Positions 32,801-36,829 of a DNA stretch of 36,829 nt are shown here, piece by piece. Source of the stretch: a virus (taxonomy: Duplodnaviria; Caudoviricetes). Where the stretch lies: IMG/VR virus record IMGVR_UViG_3300012232_000031, positions 1 through 36,829 of that record; one strand, given 5' to 3'. A program made the position numbers and the translations under genes. The notes beneath the pieces were generated by a model that did no database searches, was not told the origin of the DNA, and saw only the letters and a list, made by a program, of their open reading frames with translations. Numbering within the stretch: position 1 is the first letter of the stretch; each line of letters begins with the position of its first letter.

Positions 32801-35697
32801 TTGGGGCTGGCTTCCAGGACACCAAAGGGCACTCGCTGGTTGACGCCGCGGACTACGCCCGGATCCTTGGGATGCTTGAGCACTTGCAGAAAGGTCTGTG
32901 GATGCAGCTTGTTGCGGCTAGCTAGACGGCCGGCAGAGAAGGCACCTACGGCGGCATAGTCCTCAGCCACTGGGCCCAGGGGGATCACATCCAGGACGCC
33001 TTCATTGGGCTTGGCGACGAAGGCTCTGGGAAGCCCCAGTAGCTGAGGGTCAAACCCCAGCTTGGGGTCAGGGTTGGCGAGGAAGTTGTTGTAGGTATTC
33101 ACCCTGTCAGCCATCGAGGCTACCGACTTCTCTACTGCCAGGGCCGTCTTGTCTCCAGGCCCCCTTGCCTGGATGAAGTCATAGAGGGCCTTGCGGTTTA
33201 CGTCGTAGCCCACACCGGCTGGCGTGAACATGGACTCAAGGAGTTTTGCCTGCTGGATGGGGTCCATCTTGGAGGCAGCCAGTGCCTGGTGGACTTGCAG
33301 GCGAGCTTGGTTGCCAATCACCTGGAGTTCCTTGGACAACATGGTGTAGCTCACCACGTCATTGCCCTTGTCATCGATGAAGCGGGCAGAGCCGAGGGCC
33401 TGTATGGCGTCATCGGATAGGCCGGCCCGCTGCAACATGGCGATGGCGTCCTGTCCTGCCAGCGTCTTGTCGGCCTCCAGGAGGCTCTCCAGTCGAGCGT
33501 GGACCTCCTTGAGGGCAGTAGGGGCCACCTCGATGTCGCGGGCACGGCGCACGTCCTGGAGGGCTTCCCCGACCCAGGGCACCCGCTGGATGGGGACGTT
33601 GGCACGTTCAAGCATCTCTGCTGCTGCCAGCAGTTTGCCAGACACCTCATCAGCCAGCACAATCCTGCCACTAGCTGGGTTGACCGCAATGCGGATAGGA
33701 GGTAGCTGCCCCTCCTTGGTGATCTGCTCGGCCACACGTTTGACAACCTCCGGCTCAAACTGCATGGGATTGTCCACAGCACTAGCCAACTGGCCACGGT
33801 CCCAGATGCGGACAGAGGCTGCTGCCTTGCCAGACACCTGGGGCAGGATGCTCTCAGCCACGTGCATCAGGGCCTTGCGGGTAGACTCAGGAGTCACCAT
33901 GCTGGCAAGACGGGGATCGTAGAGCAGATCAAGGGGCACGTTGACACGAGGGTAGTCAACTAGGAACTCACTGACTGCGTTCTCAGCCTTGCCGAGGGCC
34001 TCCTTGAAGGAGCCGGCCTGCACGAAGGCAGTAGGGTCTACTACTTGGAGGGTGCCAGTGCGGCTGAACGCCACGACTTGCCTGATGTCTGCGCCGTCCT
34101 TGAGAGACCAGCCCTTCTTGGCAGCGAGGACCAAGACACGCTGAAGCTGGTCAATATGGTCGGGGACGATCTCCTCGGCAGTAGCCTCTCCACCAATCAG
34201 CTTGCGGATAACCACACGGTCCTTGGTAACTCCTGCTTGGCCCCATCCCGGCATCCCCTGCATGTCGCGATAGAGGGACTTGGCAACAATGGACTGGTCC
34301 TCATCGACTGGCAGGACTCGATAGACCAGACCGTCAGCAAGTGGAAGGTCACCTACCTGTCCAGAAGCAAGGACCTTCGCTGCTTCCTTGTCGCCAAGTC
34401 CACGATGCCCGTAGTAGTTCTCATCAGTGCCCCACTTGGAGATCATGTGGAGGCTGGTGGGGCGCTCTGCTGCCACTGCCAGCTTCTCGTAGCGAGGGCT
34501 ATCCACAAATGCCTGCATCTCCTGGAGACTGGCAAATGCCTGGGGGTCGTCCACCAGCGGTGCTTCCAGAACTTGGATCACCTCCTTCATCTCGGCCTTG
34601 GAGGGCGCTCTACCAGTCATCTTCTGGTAGACAGCCCGCATCTCACCGATGGCGTCTTGGAGGACGCGGTAGTCAAGATTCTCCTGGCCCTTGGCTGTGG
34701 CCACCATGAACTTGGCAATTGCCCCACCCTGGACTGCGCCCATGGCCTTGAGCAGGCGGTCAGTCACCTTGCCGACTGGTTTGCCGATGAAGTGGAGGGC
34801 AGTGCCAATGCCCTTCTCGATAGCCGTGGTGTCTCCAGGATTCTTGCCGATGGAGAGCAGCCGGCCACCCCCAAGGGCAGTGCGCTCCCAAGGGCCGACT
34901 ACTCGCTGCCCCAGGGTCTCCTCGATGAAGCCCTTGGCAAGCTGGGTGGCTGAGTCGCCAGCTAGGTAGCCAGTAGACTCAAGCTCTCTCAGCGTGTTGT
35001 TGAAGTCGTCGATGCCCTTCTTGGCGTTGATGGCTACCTTGTCACCCTTGGCTACACCCTCCAGGATACCCTTGGGCGTCTCCATCACATCGTGGCCAGC
35101 CTGTAGTGCCTTGCGGAAGTCACCCAAGGACTCCTCGATTCTCAGGAGGTAGGCACCAGCCTGCCCTGCTTCCTTCTGGCCAAGAACAGCCATCCTCAGG
35201 GCAACCCCCTCCTTGTTGGCGTGGAACAGGCGCAGCCCCTGCTTGAGTGCAGCAGCTGTCTTGGTGAGCTTACCTGGCGCATTGAAGATGAGACTGGGGT
35301 CAGCGACAATATCCAGTGCCAGCCCACTCAGTCCTGCAATGGTGGCCCCACCCTCCCTGAACATATCCCCACGCTGATAGCCAGTGCTAGCAAGGGCTAG
35401 GTCGGTAAACGTCTTCTGCTGACCAGAAGACTCCGGCATGGAGAAGGAGAAATCCCTGGAGATATAGTCAGGGGCGGCCAACTTCGCCATGGTGGTAGCT
35501 GCCAGCTGGGATGGATAGCTGAACCACTTGAGGGCTGTCTCATACCAGGCGTCAGGGTCACCACGGTCGCCCTTGGCATACTTGATGGCAAGGTCAGCGT
35601 CTTCCTTGGACCGCATGATGCCCTGGGAAGCAGCAAGCTGCTCAAGTTGGCTCGCTGCGTCCTTAGGTGCGTAGAAGTCTACTTCCTGGTTGCTCAC
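29860..35697 (-). CDS. Large internal virion/ejection (polyvalent-type) protein with LPD38-like C-terminus
   Basis: 1945 aa, mostly helical; FYGRNIVGN, IENQFRFAIY, MER....VLPFYQWMRFNIP, ELPEW, LTPLLRTPME motifs; late-operon position. Confidence 0.7.
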   Translation of the reverse strand: MSNQEVDFYAPKDAASQLEQLAASQGIMRSKEDADLAIKYAKGDRGDPDAWYETALKWFSYPSQLAATTMAKLAAPDYISRDFSFSMPESSGQQKTFTDLALASTGYQRGDMFREGGATIAGLSGLALDIVADPSLIFNAPGKLTKTAAALKQGLRLFHANKEGVALRMAVLGQKEAGQAGAYLLRIEESLGDFRKALQAGHDVMETPKGILEGVAKGDKVAINAKKGIDDFNNTLRELESTGYLAGDSATQLAKGFIEETLGQRVVGPWERTALGGGRLLSIGKNPGDTTAIEKGIGTALHFIGKPVGKVTDRLLKAMGAVQGGAIAKFMVATAKGQENLDYRVLQDAIGEMRAVYQKMTGRAPSKAEMKEVIQVLEAPLVDDPQAFASLQEMQAFVDSPRYEKLAVAAERPTSLHMISKWGTDENYYGHRGLGDKEAAKVLASGQVGDLPLADGLVYRVLPVDEDQSIVAKSLYRDMQGMPGWGQAGVTKDRVVIRKLIGGEATAEEIVPDHIDQLQRVLVLAAKKGWSLKDGADIRQVVAFSRTGTLQVVDPTAFVQAGSFKEALGKAENAVSEFLVDYPRVNVPLDLLYDPRLASMVTPESTRKALMHVAESILPQVSGKAAASVRIWDRGQLASAVDNPMQFEPEVVKRVAEQITKEGQLPPIRIAVNPASGRIVLADEVSGKLLAAAEMLERANVPIQRVPWVGEALQDVRRARDIEVAPTALKEVHARLESLLEADKTLAGQDAIAMLQRAGLSDDAIQALGSARFIDDKGNDVVSYTMLSKELQVIGNQARLQVHQALAASKMDPIQQAKLLESMFTPAGVGYDVNRKALYDFIQARGPGDKTALAVEKSVASMADRVNTYNNFLANPDPKLGFDPQLLGLPRAFVAKPNEGVLDVIPLGPVAEDYAAVGAFSAGRLASRNKLHPQTFLQVLKHPKDPGVVRGVNQRVPFGVLEASPNLKATVGHLDTEDLKAAMEGAKSRFTISPEHKAKLESEGFFANPKNHPLLKDRRQPDTEVITGVILPGRTALYGFGIGETSVIREKFFGSIPHQIQEWFRSDQSAFRLWNVQWGMMEGLHAKNVEMLNARLKGIAQDALKAGNHPNKRMIFAEQLEMDGVIKEAIFGDPRDPPTLAQVADGSYTVKIPKGWEGRTIDAALPVSGGVVTIRGTSSAGVQAMVDTWRQMIQIDLPTEEILAKLMLPSSLRYGYFARIMTPHGRKAMDDWFTAVGREAEKNPHTISAKVYGYMNQHYKKRTLSQFSTAEIEELFDSGKLTFNGKEILREDLLKVKTADGKTLADALKDDPEALSYFVSDIHDAMMIRALAGKRSIRNATLIDGFKELAVPILDGRKEIPLAEARALVEKSKAGEALTDAEKSVVDMLTKPGAYQAVVTRSEAQQLVAAGQLDLDMIEPLRDGSAFMGIEGRLFNHARWKDGNIRFMTRDALNEMNRTYTKLTNLPSLNRLAAGYHGLLAMWKRQALFLSPKFYGRNIVGNMLLGWQGGLHPLDLKTHNESFSALRGYRQYTRFSKGSLDAGELVLKTNGKASVGFHPLDEVLFPDGPSTWEREIEGFNANGGFRGTYVRQVHKPLNETLAGRGISSLNEIPVDTSFNSSQWGWGTHVENTIEKGIKLHEGIENQFRFAIYLANRKAGKSAGESANIAKRVMGGTTEMTPMERTLAVGVLPFYQWMRFNIPRQVLWHVERPDQALRMWSAVQNMGRGGADVPEDELPEWASKHYNLTLGKKDGKWGFIVMDSFLPAADLLRLSQFGREPGEFTGDVLMQQLTPLLRTPMEAGMGRTFEGVKLETMPGEASNLAFGPVPLPGLTRRATSAGPAGHVNLLWNEQMFNLFRPAKEMSQLLGLFHKPDQELGERLRNYLLVKVSDADPLRQQILHNYKRQEIFREMKSKLKSAIRDGNEAKKTYWLGQINAHAVWEDR

Positions 35698-36829
35698 TTG
35701 GCGGCCTTGGCCCCTTGGCCCATCTGTGTGCGCCGAATGCCGTCAAGGACACTCTTGCTGACGATGTCGTTCCAGACAGGGTCGGACTGGGTGGAGACCC
35801 TCAGGGCGTAGGCGTTGGGGTCGAAGCCACCATAGGTCACCAGGTAGTCCATGGTCTTGCGTCGTTGACTGTCACTGCCCAGTCCTAGGGCCAGCGAGGA
35901 CACTGCTCTCTGGATGGGGCCCTTGTTCTGAAGGGCCTTCTGCATGTGGTTGGCAGCGTCTTGGTTCTTGGGGAGCAGACCCAGCTGACCTGGCTGGAGA
36001 GTAGGGCCCATAGGGCTCTGCAACATTGCCAGCCGCTTGACGCCCATCCCGAAAGCCATCGTCTTGTCGGCATCACTGACAGAGACGCCCCCAGTATCCG
36101 CATACTTGGGAATGTCTGTCATCATCTGGGTGGTCATGCCACGGAGAAGGTCTGTGTTGGGGCCCCTAGCTCCACCGACATCGGTGATAGGATTGAAGGC
36201 TGGATTCTGGGGCAGCTGCTCAGGTTCAGCGAAGGCCTCACCGGGAAGCTGAGCGGACTCAAGAACCTGGCGGCGACCAGAGACTTCTCCCAGTGCCTCA
36301 CTGATCTCCAACTTCTTGGTCTGGAGGTAGGCACCTACGTTGCGCCTAGTGCCACTGTCAAAGCTACGACCGCCCAAGCTGGCGTTGTCACCAAGGCCGC
36401 TGACACGATTGGACAGCTTGGTGGCCCCCTGTTTGGCAAGCTGGAGGTGTTGTTCCGACATGCCCTGGCCAGGGGCACCCTTGCCTACAGACTCGACATA
36501 GTCGGCGAAGGCTCGCTCAGGGAGGGTGGCCTCTTCTGAGCCGGCAAAGTCCAGCACAAAGGCAGCGTCAGAGTCGGCGGCTAGTTTCTCCTTGCGCCCA
36601 GTCTCTGCCTGCTTGACAGATTCACGGCGCATAGCCTCCTGAGTGTAACCAGACTGGCGGTCCTCCTGCAATCTTGCCTGCTCTGCTTGGCGGTCGTCTT
36701 GCAGCTTGAGGGCTCTCTCGCCGACTGGGTCCTTGCCAGTGGCTAGGTCACGGGCCCTCTTGGCCTTGCTGGCCCGCTCATCCAGTTCCAGCCAGTTCAT
36801 GGTGGATTCATAGTCGTCCTTAGACAGCA
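35694..36829 (-). CDS. Probable internal virion/ejection protein; may start beyond the right edge
   Basis: The frame stays open upstream of ATG 36800 to the window edge (LSKDDYEST-MNW). Gly/Gln/Ala-rich and helical; GTGA overlap with the 1945-aa gene. Confidence 0.55.
   Translation of the reverse strand, partial: LSKDDYESTMNWLELDERASKAKRARDLATGKDPVGERALKLQDDRQAEQARLQEDRQSGYTQEAMRRESVKQAETGRKEKLAADSDAAFVLDFAGSEEATLPERAFADYVESVGKGAPGQGMSEQHLQLAKQGATKLSNRVSGLGDNASLGGRSFDSGTRRNVGAYLQTKKLEISEALGEVSGRRQVLESAQLPGEAFAEPEQLPQNPAFNPITDVGGARGPNTDLLRGMTTQMMTDIPKYADTGGVSVSDADKTMAFGMGVKRLAMLQSPMGPTLQPGQLGLLPKNQDAANHMQKALQNKGPIQRAVSSLALGLGSDSQRRKTMDYLVTYGGFDPNAYALRVSTQSDPVWNDIVSKSVLDGIRRTQMGQGAKAAK

Overview
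This window is most of a tailed dsDNA bacteriophage genome (Caudoviricetes, podovirus-like, about 60% GC by eye) that appears circularly permuted. A minus-strand late arm runs leftward from about 11.8 kb: lipoprotein, probable TerS, TerL, portal, scaffold, major capsid, cement, adaptor, holin-like protein, and a tail-nozzle-like gene cut by the left edge. The late arm resumes at the right edge with probable ejection proteins (one of 1945 aa), a GH5-like hydrolase and an ERCC4 nuclease. The plus-strand early/replication arm (12627-28151) lies wholly inside the window. It encodes a Cas4-like PD-(D/E)XK nuclease, a Sak4-like AAA ATPase, a DUF669-type SSB, HTH proteins, a family-4 UDG, a family-A DNA polymerase and many small ORFs. 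I see no integrase, primase, helicase, endolysin, tRNA or CRISPR array. The most unusual signals are: (i) TerL has an intact ATPase but its nuclease catalytic acidic residues appear lost; (ii) the PolA replication arm has no recognisable primase or helicase; (iii) several intergenic regions fold into large G-U-rich multibranched structures on the transcribed strand, the best being about 325 nt just upstream of the Cas4-like nuclease; (iv) a repeat-rich divergent control region; (v) CpG depletion with one CpG-rich island. All family calls come from motif recognition by eye, not database searches.
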